DNA from: a bacterium
GTDB lineage: Bacteria > Bdellovibrionota_C > UBA2361 > OMII01
Assembly (NCBI GenBank): GCA_017853915.1
Contig: JAFMIS010000001.1
Location: 2,010-66,009 of the forward strand
DNA: 64,000 nt
Direction: 5' to 3'
Position 1 is the first letter of the stretch, and each line of letters starts with the position of its first letter. The position numbers and the translations under genes are program-made. The notes below the pieces were generated by a model. The model had not been told where the DNA came from and did no database searches. It saw nothing but the letters and a program-made list of their open reading frames with translations. Below are positions 10,753 through 21,181 of this stretch, in pieces.

Positions 10753-12338
10753 TCAATCCCCAGGCGCTTTAGATTTTCGCTCCCTGGCTCATCGGATGCC
10801 GCCCTGGCATCACCTGTCTCCACCTTCTCGGCTGGCTCAGCGTAGGCGATACGCTGGTGGTAGATGCCCGTAAGAACGCGGGTAAAGCACCGCGCTATTT
10901 CATGCAGATCTCGCAAGGTGAGGTCACACTCGTTTAACTCTCCACTCGCAAACACCTTATTGAGCATTTTTTGTACTAAACCTTGAATCCTATCCTGAGA
11001 TGGATCGCTTAACGTTCTCGCCGCTGCCTCGATTCCGTCAGCCAACATCAAGAGCCCCGCTTCGCGCGTCTGCGGCTTAGGCCCTGGATACTGATACAAG
11101 GAGCGATCAACCTCATCAGGATCTCCTCCTAGCTCCTCTACCTCTTTGCGCGCTTTCTCATAAAAATACTCGATCACTGATGTGCCGTGATGTTGAGGAA
11201 TCATATCTACAATAACCTGCGGGACCTTGTGTTGGCGCGCCAGCTCTACCCCGTCCTTTACATGCGACCGAATGATGAGCGCTGACATCGATGGATTGAG
11301 CTTATTGTGACGATTATCGTCAGGGGCTTGATTCTCCACAAAATAGAGGGGTTTCGTTGTTTTTCCAATATCGTGAAAGTAGGCCCCCACGCGGCACACC
11401 ACTGGATTAGCCCCGATCGCGTTCGCAGCCGACTCAACCATCATTCCGATCACCATCGAATGATTCCACGTTCCCGGAGCCTGCACGCTCAGCTCTTTCA
11501 AAAGCGGATGATCGAGGGTTGCCATCTCGATTAAGCGCATATCCGACGCGTACCCCCCGAAGTACTCAACAAATGGAGTCGCGATGACCGCTATCAGTGA
11601 GCTCATGCAGCCACCTACAAAACAGCCCACTATACGAACCACGCCATCCACCACGCTCGGCGATGGCTCAAGCACCAGTGACACGCAGCCAAAAGGGAGC
11701 ATCGCGAAACCGATCGTCAATCCCGCGCGTATGTAACTTGAGCGGGAACGAACACGCCGAAACGCGAGCGCTCCAGCCACACAGGAGGAGAGAATAATGC
11801 CAACAACCAAGGACACATGCGACGTGTACGCGCCGAATACTATCGCCGCGACTAGTCCGGCGATAATCGCGAATCGTGTACCGAGCGTTGATTGCACAAC
11901 AAGTACCGACATGGTGTAGGGCAACAAGAACGTAATGGACGTCTCAACGATATCGCTGTGAACCATTCGCGAATTACCGTACTGCGCGAGCGCCAAGAGG
12001 ATCACCTTGACACAGGATGAACATACCACCGAGATCGCTGTCAGGATGTACACGACGGTATACCCCGTACCCTCACTCCATGCCCCGCGTGACCATACTT
12101 CTCGAGCACCGATATGAATCGTAACGAGAGCGAACGCCACTCCAAGCGCCCGCGCGCAGCGATACACCAGCGGGAGCTCGGGTAAAAACACACCGAGCAT
12201 AATCTCAGCGACAATAGCGACCAGCCCCAAACACACAAAGGCTGTGGCAAGACGTCGGTACTCCGCTCGCGCGGCGTCGCTAGGCTTCGTCACGGTCATA
12301 GGCCTGGATGATTCGAGATACCAATGGATGTCGTACAA
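10749..12338 (-). CDS. 7TM-receptor-linked HD phosphohydrolase (YqfF/PgpH-like)
   Basis: The N-terminal half has multiple TM helices. The C-terminal half is an HD domain (AYFHDIGKT, IIRSHVKDG). It sits in the conserved phoH / 7TMR-HD / ybeY arrangement. Its start overlaps phoH; the true start may be the internal Met at about 12299. Confidence 0.85.
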   Translation of the reverse strand: MYDIHWYLESSRPMTVTKPSDAARAEYRRLATAFVCLGLVAIVAEIMLGVFLPELPLVYRCARALGVAFALVTIHIGAREVWSRGAWSEGTGYTVVYILTAISVVCSSCVKVILLALAQYGNSRMVHSDIVETSITFLLPYTMSVLVVQSTLGTRFAIIAGLVAAIVFGAYTSHVSLVVGIILSSCVAGALAFRRVRSRSSYIRAGLTIGFAMLPFGCVSLVLEPSPSVVDGVVRIVGCFVGGCMSSLIAVIATPFVEYFGGYASDMRLIEMATLDHPLLKELSVQAPGTWNHSMVIGMMVESAANAIGANPVVCRVGAYFHDIGKTTKPLYFVENQAPDDNRHNKLNPSMSALIIRSHVKDGVELARQHKVPQVIVDMIPQHHGTSVIEYFYEKARKEVEELGGDPDEVDRSLYQYPGPKPQTREAGLLMLADGIEAAARTLSDPSQDRIQGLVQKMLNKVFASGELNECDLTLRDLHEIARCFTRVLTGIYHQRIAYAEPAEKVETGDARAASDEPGSENLKRLGIE

Positions 12339-13272
12339 CGTCTTCGTCAGTAAAATGCACGATTGATACTCCTGATGTATCTTTCAGAATCTTAAGGGCA
12401 TGACTCAAACCAGATTGAACGCCTCTCGGTAAATCGATTTGGGTCACATCTCCGGTGATAACGCAGGTTGAACCAAAACCGAGTCGCGTCAGAAGCATCT
12501 TCATCTGCACTGACGTTGTATTCTGGGCCTCATCAAGGATCACAAAAGCATTCGACAGTGTGCGACCGCGCATGAACGCGAGTGGCGCCACCTCAACGAC
12601 TCCCTTCTCAACGAGTTCCTTTGCCCGCTCAAAATCCACCATGTCATGAAGCGCGTCGTAGAGTGGTCGGAGATACGGGTTAACTTTCTCAGCCATATCA
12701 CCCGGTAAAAATCCTAGCTTCTCGCCCGCCTCTACCGCTGGCCGACACAGCACTATGCGTTTCACCTCTTTATTCAGCAACGCCGTAACAGCCATGGCCA
12801 TCGCCAGGTACGTTTTGCCAGTTCCCGCCGGGCCTACACCGAAGACAACGCTGTGCCTCTTGATCTCCTCTATGTACGTCTTCTGTCGAAACGTTTTTGG
12901 AACTATCTTCGTACGCTTCCCTGATACTCGGATTTCATCGCGGAAGAGCTCCTCAAGCTGAAGTCGCCTGTTGCCCGACAGCATCTTTATGGCGCGCTCA
13001 ACGTCACCTTTAAAGATATTCTCTCCCCGCTCCACGAGACCGCGGAGCTGAATGAGGAGATCGCACCCGAGCTCAACATCATTATCCTGCCCCACCAAGG
13101 TAAGGCCCTGAGGAGTTCGTCCAATCTTAAGCCCTAACTCTCGCTCAATTGTTCGAAGATTCTCGTCGGCATCACCGACTAATGTCTGCATCACACTTGA
13201 TTGGGGAAAGGCTACCTCCATCTCTTTGATAGCCCCTTTGGGATCACTCGCGCGCCGTCCGTATCCTGTCAT
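12280..13272 (-). CDS. phoH: PhoH-like ATPase
   Basis: Walker A GPAGTGKTYLAMAMAV, a KH-like N-terminal region, 330 aa. Confidence 0.9.
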   Translation of the reverse strand: MTGYGRRASDPKGAIKEMEVAFPQSSVMQTLVGDADENLRTIERELGLKIGRTPQGLTLVGQDNDVELGCDLLIQLRGLVERGENIFKGDVERAIKMLSGNRRLQLEELFRDEIRVSGKRTKIVPKTFRQKTYIEEIKRHSVVFGVGPAGTGKTYLAMAMAVTALLNKEVKRIVLCRPAVEAGEKLGFLPGDMAEKVNPYLRPLYDALHDMVDFERAKELVEKGVVEVAPLAFMRGRTLSNAFVILDEAQNTTSVQMKMLLTRLGFGSTCVITGDVTQIDLPRGVQSGLSHALKILKDTSGVSIVHFTDEDVVRHPLVSRIIQAYDRDEA

Positions 13273-13456
13273 CTGTTATCTCAACTACCGCCTCGTAAAA
13301 TTTACCACACCCACGTACGGGCCTCTCGACACCGTCCACAACAAATGTGGGTCCTTTCTTCTAAGGTACCACGAATGCCTCAATCGGTTAATCATACTTT
13401 TTACTATGCCGCCCTGTAACTAACCGTTCTTGATGAGTTTTCGCCCTAGCGACGCC

Positions 13457-14728
13457 CTACTGCCGAGAAACGAGCGGGTAGCCGTCCGGGATCGGAAACG
13501 CCTCCAGCTCTCGTCGAATGAGATCAAGCGCCACATACGTGGCATACATCCGCACCGTAGCCCGTTCGCCCGGATAGAAACACCGCACCTCGCGAGCCCC
13601 CTGAGGTCCACTCACTCCGACAAAGAATGTTCCGACCGGCTTCTCAGCGCTCCCTCCATCTGGGCCTGCCACCCCACTGACAGCCACTCCAAATGTCGCG
13701 CCGATACGAGATCGTGCCTCGCGAGCCATAATGCGCACCACCTCCGCGCTTACAGCGCCGTGCTTCGCAATTATCTCCTGAGGCACATTGAGCACCGCTT
13801 GTTTGACACTATTATTGTAGGACACAACGCCCCCAAGGAATACCGCGGAGGATCCCGGTGTCCTCGTAAGACACTCGGCTATCATGCCGCCAGTGCACGA
13901 CTCCGCCGTCGCGACGGTGATGTGTCGCTTCTCACACAAGCGCTGAAGCTCCTGGAAAAAATCCCGCTCGGCTTCGCGTGAAAAGATCACTTCGCTACCG
14001 AGCGCCGATTCAACTCGCCGCGACGCATCAGGGAGATTCTCAGGCCGAGCTGTTTTAAGAACCACGTGAACCTCTGGGAATGCCGCTCGGTACGAGACCG
14101 TTATGTCCCCTGGCAATCCACAACCCGCGACCAGTCGTCCTACGACAGACTCCGGTAAACCAAATGTTTTAAAGGTTGCCCGATGAATCGGCCGCGCATC
14201 CTTAGTCTTCTCGGTAATGATCGGTACAACGGTATCAACAAACATCTGCTTAAATTCTCTCGGTACACCCGAGAGGGAACAGATCACGCGCCCCTCGCCT
14301 GTCCTGGCTATAAATCCTGGAGCGGTGCCCAATTCATTGTGAATCATCGTCGCCCCCTGGGGCAGCAACGCCTGTTTAAGATTGGTTGGTTCGAGCACCC
14401 GCGCCCGTTTCAGATAGAATTCCTCAACATGTTTGCGCGCCTGAGGACACTCAACGACACCTACACCACAGAACTCGGCTACGATTTCACGCGTAAGATC
14501 ATCCGTCGTAGGACCTAGCCCTCCAGAGGTAATCACCAGCTCTGAGACAGAACAAAGATCTCCTAAACCCGCCAGTAGCTCCTCCCGATCATCATCCACT
14601 ACCAGCACGCGCCTTAAGCGCAGTCCACGTTGAGCCAGGATTCCCGCGACAAAATTTGAGTTGGTATCGACAACACGGCCATCAAGAAGTTCGGAGCCGG
14701 TCGCGAGGATAGAAACAGAGAAGCTCAT
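13457..14728 (-). CDS. cinA: CinA-family protein (MoCF-binding N-terminal domain plus CinA C-terminal nicotinamide-nucleotide amidohydrolase domain)
   Basis: N-terminal LATGSELLDGRVVDTNS (MoaB/MogA-like) and C-terminal TAESCTGGMIAE CinA signature; 423 aa. Confidence 0.85.
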   Translation of the reverse strand: MSFSVSILATGSELLDGRVVDTNSNFVAGILAQRGLRLRRVLVVDDDREELLAGLGDLCSVSELVITSGGLGPTTDDLTREIVAEFCGVGVVECPQARKHVEEFYLKRARVLEPTNLKQALLPQGATMIHNELGTAPGFIARTGEGRVICSLSGVPREFKQMFVDTVVPIITEKTKDARPIHRATFKTFGLPESVVGRLVAGCGLPGDITVSYRAAFPEVHVVLKTARPENLPDASRRVESALGSEVIFSREAERDFFQELQRLCEKRHITVATAESCTGGMIAECLTRTPGSSAVFLGGVVSYNNSVKQAVLNVPQEIIAKHGAVSAEVVRIMAREARSRIGATFGVAVSGVAGPDGGSAEKPVGTFFVGVSGPQGAREVRCFYPGERATVRMYATYVALDLIRRELEAFPIPDGYPLVSRQ

Positions 14729-16053
14729 GCTCTCTTCTTGGCGATAGCCGCTCCCTCAAGCGCGAGCCGTTTATGCGTCTTACGCATGTCAGCGATCGCG
14801 GCGAGTACCGCCTTCGGAGCTTTGATCTCTGGCGCGCTCTGGATGATCTTGGCCTTCATCGGATCAACATACGAGCCCCGATCAAAGAGACCAAAATGAA
14901 GATGGGGGCCGCTTGAGAGTCCGGTATTACCGACGTTTCCAATAACCTCTCCACGCCGCACCCGAGCGCCCTTGCGAGCATCATTCGAGATCTTGGAGAG
15001 ATGCATATACTCAGTCACGTAACGAGAGTCATGCGCTATTCTGACCATGTATCCAGTTGTCGCCGAGTATCCTGAGTGAACAACTATTCCGTCTCCCACG
15101 CTTCTCACTGGAGTCCCAATCGGAGCAGAGAAGTCGACACCGTTATGAGGGCGCGAAATTTGAAGAATCGGATGAAATCGAGCCGTCGAGAACATCGACC
15201 CAATACGAGTGAATTGAACTGGATAGCGCAAAAATGACTTGGTGGGCATCGAGCCTTTTTCATCGAAATAACGCACCGTGCCGTCGCTCGCAACATCCCG
15301 TACAACAGCGTACATTTCGCCACTTAAAAACAGAGAAGCCGCTTTGATAGTTCCAGTGTCGACCACGCGACCATCCTCTAGAACACGCTCCTCGAACGAG
15401 ACCGTAAAGGTATCTCCTGGTTGCAGGTCTTTTCTAAATTCAACTCGTGCGCCAAAGAGATCCACAAAATCATCGACTATAGAGTAGGGGAGATCTGCAT
15501 CCTGCGCGGCATCAACGAGTGAAGATGAGATAACTCCGGAGGCAGACCTCTCTCGCAGACTTACCCTCATCTGCTCTATGCGTGGGACATATCCTCCCTC
15601 CGAGTCACCCGAGATCACCAAGGTAGCGCCGTTGCCCAGGTCGCGGCGCAATTCTACAACCTCCTCGCCCCGCTTCGTTATCGAGACAACTTCGCCAGCT
15701 TTGAGTTTTGGATGCTTGCCGGAGAAAGCATCAATGAAGGAATGAACCGCTTCCGGGGCGCCCTCAATCTCCCGCCACAGCGACGAAAGAGTCGCGCCCC
15801 TTTTAACTGTATGCTCGAAGCGCTCTGATGTTTGGGAAATTCCTGGCGTCTGTGGAGCTGTAGAACTAGCACCATTTAAAGCCAGCATGGCTTCAGACTG
15901 GAACGGGCTGTTCTTAGCGTAGAGCAGCTGATTTGAGCTCTGGTCTCCTGATAGAAACTCCCTAAGGCCACGACCAGCCGGGGTTCCGTTGACAACAAGG
16001 AGAGCCGTTAGGCCTACTAAGAGACACCTAACTACAATAGAGTACGGTTTCAT
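14725..16053 (-). CDS. secreted M23 (LytM-type) peptidoglycan endopeptidase
   Basis: N-terminal signal/TM. The C-terminus has HNGVDFSAP...GNTGLSSGPHLHF (HxxxD ... HxH M23 metal site). Confidence 0.85.
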   Translation of the reverse strand: MKPYSIVVRCLLVGLTALLVVNGTPAGRGLREFLSGDQSSNQLLYAKNSPFQSEAMLALNGASSTAPQTPGISQTSERFEHTVKRGATLSSLWREIEGAPEAVHSFIDAFSGKHPKLKAGEVVSITKRGEEVVELRRDLGNGATLVISGDSEGGYVPRIEQMRVSLRERSASGVISSSLVDAAQDADLPYSIVDDFVDLFGARVEFRKDLQPGDTFTVSFEERVLEDGRVVDTGTIKAASLFLSGEMYAVVRDVASDGTVRYFDEKGSMPTKSFLRYPVQFTRIGSMFSTARFHPILQISRPHNGVDFSAPIGTPVRSVGDGIVVHSGYSATTGYMVRIAHDSRYVTEYMHLSKISNDARKGARVRRGEVIGNVGNTGLSSGPHLHFGLFDRGSYVDPMKAKIIQSAPEIKAPKAVLAAIADMRKTHKRLALEGAAIAKKRA

Positions 16054-16166
16054 GCTGTCCCGACTCTATGATGGATATATACTAATAAACAAGCACCCCT
16101 CTGTTTTATATAACGCTGTTTTGTCTATCCTGGTGTCTGCAGGTCTGGGGGGTAGGGGTAAGGAGC

Positions 16167-16580
16167 TTGATGGTAGTAGTCGCGATTGACGTGGGCACGG
16201 TTCGGGTGGGATGCGCCGCCGCGGATTCCTCCGCACGGATCTCTTTTCCGGTAGCGGTCTGGCCTCGCGCTCAAGCTAAAGCCGAAAAAGCCCTGCTCGA
16301 CACCCTCGAAGAACGGGGGGCCGACTTGCTCGTGGTGGGATTACCACTCGGTCCCGCCGGAGAGCGCACTCCCCAGTGTGAGAATATTGAAGCTTTCGTC
16401 AATCGACTTGCTAAGCGAACATCTCTTAGAATTGTATATGTCGATGAAGCGTTCTCATCAGACGAGGCACGAGAGCGCGCGGAGGCCGCCTCAGCGCGCC
16501 TGACTGAGATCGACGCGCATGCGGCGTGTATGATTCTTGATCGGTATTTTGAGTTGAATCCACCGACCCCTAACCCCTAA
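16167..16580 (+). CDS. ruvX: Holliday-junction resolvase-like nuclease YqgF/RuvX
   Basis: N-terminus VVAIDVGTVRVGCAA, LLVVGLPL and 137 aa, typical of the RuvX family. Confidence 0.85.
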   Translation: MMVVVAIDVGTVRVGCAAADSSARISFPVAVWPRAQAKAEKALLDTLEERGADLLVVGLPLGPAGERTPQCENIEAFVNRLAKRTSLRIVYVDEAFSSDEARERAEAASARLTEIDAHAACMILDRYFELNPPTPNP

Positions 16581-16589
16581 CGAGGCACC

Positions 16590-17729
16590 GTGTCACGAAA
16601 AGCTATTATCTATCTCCTCTATATCTGCATACCGCTGGTGGTCGTGTATGTGACGTATTCTCAACTCAATCATTATTTTTTTGATGCGATGGATCCTGAG
16701 CAAACACAGTCGGTACTGATCGATGCCACTCCCCCGAAAACATTTAAAGAGATCGCGCTCGATCTTGAGTCCAAAGGGATAATTAGAAGCAATCTCGCCT
16801 TCCGAATTCTCGCTCAAGGGCAGGGCAAAGATACGATGATAAAAGGGGGCGAGTATGAACTCTCTCCCTCAATGACTCCACCTCAGATTCTCGACAAAAT
16901 GGTTCGCGGCGATATGTTCAATCGGCGCGTGACTGTCAAGGAGGGCATGAATCTATCCGAGATAGCTTCCGCTATTGAACAGGCCGGCATAATTTCGAAG
17001 GTCGCTTTTGAAGCCACCTCGCGCGATGAGCAGCTCTTACGAGACGAGGGTATCGACGCCACGAGTTTCGAGGGGTATCTCTATCCCGAGACCTATCAAT
17101 TCCCGCGCAACACCAGCCCAGTCAAGATTATTAAAGCGATGCGGGAGCAGCTCACCAAGCGCTGGCTCCCCGAGTGGACTCAACGGGCCCAGATCCTCGA
17201 CATGACTCTGCACCAAGTTCTCACACTGGCCTCGATTATTGAAAAAGAGTCGGGAAATTTCGAAGAGCAGCCTGTCATCTCCTCGGTCTTTCACAATCGT
17301 CTCAAGAAAGGGATGCGCCTGCAGGCCGATCCAACTGTGATTTACGGCATTCCGAATTTTAATGGCAATATCACCAAAAAGGATCTCACCACTCCCTCGC
17401 CCTACAATACGTACGTCATCAATGGCTTGCCGCCTGGGCCTATCGCCAGCCCCGGTATTAACGCTATTCGGTCGACGCTCTATCCCACTGACACTAACTT
17501 TCTCTACTTCGTAGGCAATGGCGATGGGCGTCACATATTCTCTGAAACGCTCGACCAACACGTCAACGCCGTGAATCAGTATCAAAAGAATCGAAGCCCG
17601 GTTGTCGATCCCGCTCCCGGTGAGGATGCGATCGATCCAGCGGCCGCGGAACTCAACGACGATCCCCTGGCCGGCGTAGAGCCACTTCCGGAAGGGACCG
17701 CCCAAGACGCTCTCGGCTCCAACCCGTAG
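16590..17729 (+). CDS. mltG: endolytic murein transglycosylase MltG (YceG family)
   Basis: N-terminal TM anchor, YceG-like domain (GLPPGPIASPG, YLYFV..GDG.H.FS.T), 379 aa, immediately after ruvX as in many genomes. Confidence 0.88.
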   Translation: MSRKAIIYLLYICIPLVVVYVTYSQLNHYFFDAMDPEQTQSVLIDATPPKTFKEIALDLESKGIIRSNLAFRILAQGQGKDTMIKGGEYELSPSMTPPQILDKMVRGDMFNRRVTVKEGMNLSEIASAIEQAGIISKVAFEATSRDEQLLRDEGIDATSFEGYLYPETYQFPRNTSPVKIIKAMREQLTKRWLPEWTQRAQILDMTLHQVLTLASIIEKESGNFEEQPVISSVFHNRLKKGMRLQADPTVIYGIPNFNGNITKKDLTTPSPYNTYVINGLPPGPIASPGINAIRSTLYPTDTNFLYFVGNGDGRHIFSETLDQHVNAVNQYQKNRSPVVDPAPGEDAIDPAAAELNDDPLAGVEPLPEGTAQDALGSNP

Positions 17730-17738
17730 GCCGCCCCG

Positions 17739-19844
17739 ATGCCTACTCCGATCTACCCCCTCATCTCCGCGGTACGAGTTCAGATTCGGAGAAATGAGAT
17801 CATCGCGACAATCCTCCTCTCCCTGTCAGGCCTAAGCGCGTTTATTCTCGTCCTCCTGGTGTCAGAGTCCTACTCTCGACCACTCGCGTTATGTTGCGTT
17901 GGGGCATCTCTGGCGATCCTGTGGTGGGTGACAAAATCTCAACTTCCCTCGCTTGCCGTATCGCCACTGCGTGCCGCTCAGCTCCTCGATCAGAAACTTC
18001 ATACCAAAGAGCGGGTTGTCTCATTCGTTGAACTTGCTTCTCACTCGCCCGCGTCTCCACAAACGGCGCTGCTTGAGAGTCAATTAGCTCGCCTGCTCCC
18101 ATCCTCACTATCAGCCCGCTCTATAGCTCCATACTCCATGCGAGAATCCGAAAAACGATCGCTCATCGCGACAGCTATTTTTATCGCGGCCGCGCTTCTA
18201 CTCCAGGCTCTGCGACCACCCTCGGAATTAGAGAAAATCGCGGCCTCAATTGAGGAGATCGTGAAGCAGAGCCCCGACATTCCAGAGAGCGTCAAGCGGG
18301 AGGCCGAGCGCCTGATCTCTACCATGAGCGATCCGACCGAGAGCGCCGACGCCATCAAAACCGCCCTCCAAAACACGCGGCGTTCACTTGATGCGGCAAA
18401 GATCTCCCATCAATCCATCAGCTCCTCAATCTCGGCTTCTCCGTCAGACTCCACTCACAAGGATCATCCGGCACCTGGGGCTACATCTCCCTCTACAACA
18501 CCAACGCCCCTCCCAAACAACCAACAAAAAACCGTGGCTCCTCAAAAAAAACGAGACCAACGAGAACAGCCGCGACCTCCGGAGCAAGGCAATCAAGATT
18601 CTCAGAACCAACCCTCACAATCCAAAGACGACCAGCAGCAGGGCAACGAGCAACAGGGAAAGCAGCAGGATACTTCCAAGTCCGGTTCTACGTCGCGCGA
18701 GGGCTCATCTCCCGAGCAATCTGATTCGAAAGAGCGCCAAGGGAAAGATGGTTCTGGTGATCAACAGGACTCCAATCAGAACTCTCCCCAGAAGGGCGAT
18801 TCCGGTAAAGGATCCAAGCAGGAGAACTCTCAACAGGACTCGGAGCAACAGCAGAGTGGTGGAACTCAGGGAAGTGGCGAGGGGCAGGGTAAGGGTGAGG
18901 GCACATCTCCCAACCAATCCGGCAATCCCTCAGGCACGGGTCACGGTGATGGTGAGAATTCTAACGAGCAGAACGATTCTCGCGGCGGCCAGTCATCCGG
19001 CTCACAGGGAAAACCCGGCTCTCAAGGAAAGGAGTCCGGGTCTTCAGACTCACAATCAGGAACCGAAAAGCTGGAGGAAGCGCTCTCAAAAGCTGAAAGT
19101 GAGCTAAACAGATCGGAGCAAAAGGAATCAAAAGACGGACAGGGCTCTGGCAACTCTGGGAGCGAATCTGCGCAACCAAAGGAGGCCCCTCAAGATGGCT
19201 CTCAAGGCGCTTCAAAGCCTCGCGATACGTCAGGCAAGTCAGAGCAGGGACAGGGAGACAAACAAGGCTCTCAATCCTCAAACGGAAACTCACCTGAGCA
19301 AGGGGCATCAAAGGGGGCCCAGCGCTCATCACAGCGGGACACCTCCCAACCTGCAGATCAAAGCCAACAGGGAGGTGCAAAAAAATCAGATACGCAATCG
19401 ACCGACTCACAAGCCCAGAAAGAGCAGGGCAAGGGAAAAGGTTCGGACTCCAAGGGATCAAACTCCCAGGGCCAGGAGACATCAAGCGCCTCCAGCGCTG
19501 ATCAAAAAGAGCGTACTAACAATCCAGATAAGCAGGGAGAGCGCGAAGGAACCGGGGGAGACTCGCCCCAGGTAGACCGAAACGCCAAAGCGCGCGAGGG
19601 TGCGCCTGAGGGACCGCCCGGTCCCGGTCTCGGTGGCAAAGAGCGCTTTAAAGAGGTCCAGATACAAGGCGCCAACGAGAAGCTCGATTCCCGTTTTACG
19701 GGCGATCAGTCCGATCTTGAGGCCAACGACGCGCCCGCTCAGCCCAAGACAACTATCGAAGACGTGATCCTCGCTAAACCAAAAGCCTCTTCTCAAAAAA
19801 CAGAGCAACAGATCCCATTGGAGTATCGAGATGTTTTAAAGTGA
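17739..19844 (+). CDS. membrane-anchored protein with about 480-aa extreme low-complexity (S/Q/G/K/D/E/N/P-rich) intrinsically disordered region; function unknown
   Basis: 701-aa ORF with two N-terminal TM helices, a short helical segment, then a hydrophobic-free polar region (runs of SQ, GS, KG, DS). The DNA shows matching purine-rich degenerate repetition. The last ~40 aa (KTTIEDVILAKPK...IPLEYRDVLK) look ordered. Overlapping ORFs on other frames are compositional artifacts. Confidence 0.6.
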   Translation: MPTPIYPLISAVRVQIRRNEIIATILLSLSGLSAFILVLLVSESYSRPLALCCVGASLAILWWVTKSQLPSLAVSPLRAAQLLDQKLHTKERVVSFVELASHSPASPQTALLESQLARLLPSSLSARSIAPYSMRESEKRSLIATAIFIAAALLLQALRPPSELEKIAASIEEIVKQSPDIPESVKREAERLISTMSDPTESADAIKTALQNTRRSLDAAKISHQSISSSISASPSDSTHKDHPAPGATSPSTTPTPLPNNQQKTVAPQKKRDQREQPRPPEQGNQDSQNQPSQSKDDQQQGNEQQGKQQDTSKSGSTSREGSSPEQSDSKERQGKDGSGDQQDSNQNSPQKGDSGKGSKQENSQQDSEQQQSGGTQGSGEGQGKGEGTSPNQSGNPSGTGHGDGENSNEQNDSRGGQSSGSQGKPGSQGKESGSSDSQSGTEKLEEALSKAESELNRSEQKESKDGQGSGNSGSESAQPKEAPQDGSQGASKPRDTSGKSEQGQGDKQGSQSSNGNSPEQGASKGAQRSSQRDTSQPADQSQQGGAKKSDTQSTDSQAQKEQGKGKGSDSKGSNSQGQETSSASSADQKERTNNPDKQGEREGTGGDSPQVDRNAKAREGAPEGPPGPGLGGKERFKEVQIQGANEKLDSRFTGDQSDLEANDAPAQPKTTIEDVILAKPKASSQKTEQQIPLEYRDVLK

Positions 19845-20157
19845 CGTGTGTAATCAGGCGTTTCTCGAGTACACGAGGAGCTACCGCGATGGCTTTAGTC
19901 ATGAAATAGTATCCATGGCAGGGTGATGAAAAATGATTTCCTGTTGTAAAGTTCGATGGTTGGGCCGCGACTTCGTTGGAACCGTCAAAAACCCTTCGGC
20001 GTATCTCAAACATCGGCGGGCGTTCGACCGAGCAGAGGTCTCGGTCGATTCGAGGATACGCCCGCGGTTTTTTGCTGACTCCGCCTCGTTTCGCCTTTAC
20101 CCTCCAGGGAACCTTTTTTCACCACGCTGATAGACTACACCGAGTGATTGAGCCTTT

Positions 20158-21171
20158 ATGAATAGTTCTAGTTTTACTGACGCAAGCTCCCTGGAGCAGG
20201 GAATTAAGGAGTTCCAATCCTCTTTTCTTCGAATTGAGCAGGAGGTTCATCAGACCGTCGTGGGTATGAAAGAGGTGGTTCGAGCCACCATCTCAGCGAT
20301 CTGCGCCCGGGGACATGTTCTGCTCGAGGGCGCGCCCGGCCTAGGAAAGACTCTTCTTGTTAAATCGATCTCGAATACCCTTGGGCTCTCGTTCAAACGA
20401 GTCCAATTTACGCCGGACCTTATGCCATCCGACATCACGGGAACTCAGGTGTTGACCGAAGAGCCCGGTGGTCCGCGTCGATTTGTTTTTAAACAGGGGC
20501 CTGTTTTCGCCAACATCGTATTGGCCGACGAGATCAACCGCGCGACTCCAAAAACTCAAGCCTCTCTCCTTGAAGCCATGGAAGAGCGCCAGGTTACCGT
20601 ACTTGATCAGACCTATCCGCTTCCTCAGCCATTTTTTGTACTTGCAACCCAAAATCCTATTGAACTTGAGGGCACCTATCCTCTCCCAGAAGCACAGCTC
20701 GATCGATTCCTAGTCAAAATCCTCGTCGCGGCCCCCGCCCCGGGAGAATTAAAGGAGATCCTTGCGCGCACGACTGGCACCGTGACCCGAGAGATCTCGC
20801 CGGTGTTCTCACCATCTGAGGCCTCAACTCAGATCGCCCGAATGCAGAGCATCGTGCGCCACGTAGTAGTATCCGACCCGATGAACGAGGTCATCGTCAG
20901 AATAACCGGGGCTCTTACGCCGAGCTCCTCCTTCGCCACCCCACATGTGAAGCAATACGTGCGCTTCGGGCCCGGTCCGCGTGGCGCGCAAGCGATCGTC
21001 CTCGCCGCTAAGGTGTGCGCCCTGTTGGACGGTCGTATTAACTTATCGTTTGAGGATATCCGCTCAGTTATCAAACCAACCCTCCGTCACCGATTGATTC
21101 TGAACTTTCAAGCGGAGGCAGACGGCGTAACCGCGGATGACCTCATCGAGGAGATACGCAACGCTAAGTAA
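20158..21171 (+). CDS. MoxR-family AAA+ ATPase
   Basis: Walker A LLEGAPGLGKTLL, Walker B VLADEINRA, sensor motifs, 337 aa. Confidence 0.9.
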   Translation: MNSSSFTDASSLEQGIKEFQSSFLRIEQEVHQTVVGMKEVVRATISAICARGHVLLEGAPGLGKTLLVKSISNTLGLSFKRVQFTPDLMPSDITGTQVLTEEPGGPRRFVFKQGPVFANIVLADEINRATPKTQASLLEAMEERQVTVLDQTYPLPQPFFVLATQNPIELEGTYPLPEAQLDRFLVKILVAAPAPGELKEILARTTGTVTREISPVFSPSEASTQIARMQSIVRHVVVSDPMNEVIVRITGALTPSSSFATPHVKQYVRFGPGPRGAQAIVLAAKVCALLDGRINLSFEDIRSVIKPTLRHRLILNFQAEADGVTADDLIEEIRNAK

Positions 21172-21181
21172 CGAGGCTACA

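Noticed and set aside
18388-19485. Long ORFs on other frames and on the antisense strand (18388-19107 +, 18961-19485 -, 18705-18917 -) inside the low-complexity gene
   Set aside because: They are products of the repetitive purine-rich sequence. They have an implausible R/P/L-rich composition and lie entirely within a better-supported ORF.
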